Assembly (NCBI GenBank): GCA_964551605.1
Contig: CAZKCV010000001.1
Span: 136,898 to 200,897, forward strand
Direction: 5' to 3'
DNA length: 64,000 nt
Origin: an uncultured Gammaproteobacteria bacterium
GTDB lineage: Bacteria; Patescibacteriota; Microgenomatia; Daviesbacterales; UBA10151
In this document: positions 63,509 through 64,000 of the stretch, piece after piece
How the letters are laid out: every line of letters starts with the position of its first letter
Numbering within the stretch: the first letter of the stretch is position 1
Notes under the pieces: model-generated
Seen by the model: the letters and a program-made list of their open reading frames with translations, nothing else
Database searches by the model: none
What the model was told of the DNA's origin: nothing
Made by a program: the position numbers and the translations under genes

Positions 63509-64000
63509 ATGGGACGACCAAGATTAAAAATTATTGATGATGCACAGGAAGAAACTGAAGAGAAGCTTTCCAAAAAGAAAGCTAAAAAGCCGGAAATAAA
63601 GACTGAAGCATCAATTCCAGACGTCATTGCGAGCGACGCCGAAGGCGGAACGAAGCAATCCAACTCGGAAGAAACTCCCACCCAGATTGCTTCGTCGCAG
63701 ACTCCTCGCAATGACAAAGAGAAGAAAGCCCGAAAACCCGGCAAAGCCAAGCCCCGATCCAAAAAGTATCAAGAAGTTGTCAAAGACCTGGACAAAACCA
63801 AGGCTTATCCCCTTTCCGAAGCAGTTGAGCTGGTTAAGAAACTTTCCTACTCTAAATTTGATGGTAGTCTGGAAGCCCATGTCAACACTGCACAAACCGG
63901 AATCCGTGGTTTAGTCTCCTTGCCCTATGCTGCCGGTAGGAAACTGCGCATCTTGGCTTTTGGCAAAGGAGCGGAAACTTCAGGGGCTGACACGGTTGGT
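63509..64000 (+). CDS. rplA: 50S ribosomal protein L1, 5' part, with long N-terminal extension
   Basis: Hand translation MGRPRLK...RSKKY..YPLSEAVELVKK..KFDGSLEAH..IRGLVSLP..GR; runs off the window edge. Confidence 0.95.
   Translation, partial: MGRPRLKIIDDAQEETEEKLSKKKAKKPEIKTEASIPDVIASDAEGGTKQSNSEETPTQIASSQTPRNDKEKKARKPGKAKPRSKKYQEVVKDLDKTKAYPLSEAVELVKKLSYSKFDGSLEAHVNTAQTGIRGLVSLPYAAGRKLRILAFGKGAETSGADTVG
63623..63715. repeat. GTCATTGCGA palindromic dimer, in frame in rplA
   Basis: 93 nt; encodes VIASDAEGGTKQSNSEETPTQIASSQTPRND. Confidence 0.92.

Noticed and set aside
63481-63914. ORFs 63481..63762, 63611..63895 and 63627..63914
   Set aside because: They are shadow frames of rplA, which starts at 63509 and runs off the window.
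1-64000. CRISPR array or cas operon
   Set aside because: Repeats are dispersed palindromes or short tandems, not identical direct repeats with unique spacers; no cas1 or effector gene was recognised.
1-64000. Alternative genetic code (TGA recoding)
   Set aside because: Conserved genes such as proS and yqeY end at TGA at the expected length, and core ORFs are uninterrupted.
1-64000. Diversity-generating retroelement, intron or intein explaining the in-frame inserts
   Set aside because: No reverse transcriptase, template/variable repeat pair, intein termini or intron-sized structure was seen; the inserts are only about 20-110 nt.

Overview
This 64 kb window is bacterial chromosome using the standard genetic code (TGA is a stop). 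Gene content and style point to Patescibacteria/CPR, probably Microgenomates; this is an inference. Most of it is housekeeping: recR-ybaB, folD, glyA, dnaX, ybeY, rpsU, tig, proS, rseP-frr-tsf-rpsB, a dTTP cluster (pyrG, tmk, dcd, dut-like, thyA, folA), topA, dprA, mreBCD-pbp2 split by pyrFE/pyrD, def-fmt, rpmB, two tRNA-Thr, rpmG, tRNA-Trp and secE-nusG-rplK-rplA, interleaved with single ORFans. The dominant unexplained signal is colonisation of the DNA, including essential coding sequences and always in frame, by several families of short palindromic elements and by 7-bp-period tandem or inverted arrays. These write recurring peptides (for example VIAS..KQS..TPRND) into DnaX, TopA, NusG, L1, PyrG/F/D, ThyA, DprA, a PBP, an O-antigen ligase and an EamA transporter. 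Other notable items: an unannotated ~150-nt rod-shaped RNA resembling 6S RNA, an HTH-LAGLIDADG-like gene whose stop codon lies inside tRNA-Trp, two toxin genes reduced by in-frame internal deletion, widespread leaderless promoter architecture, and ORFans sharing an N-terminal M(x)nER motif. No CRISPR array, transposase, integrase or reverse transcriptase was recognised. All calls were made by eye, without database searches.
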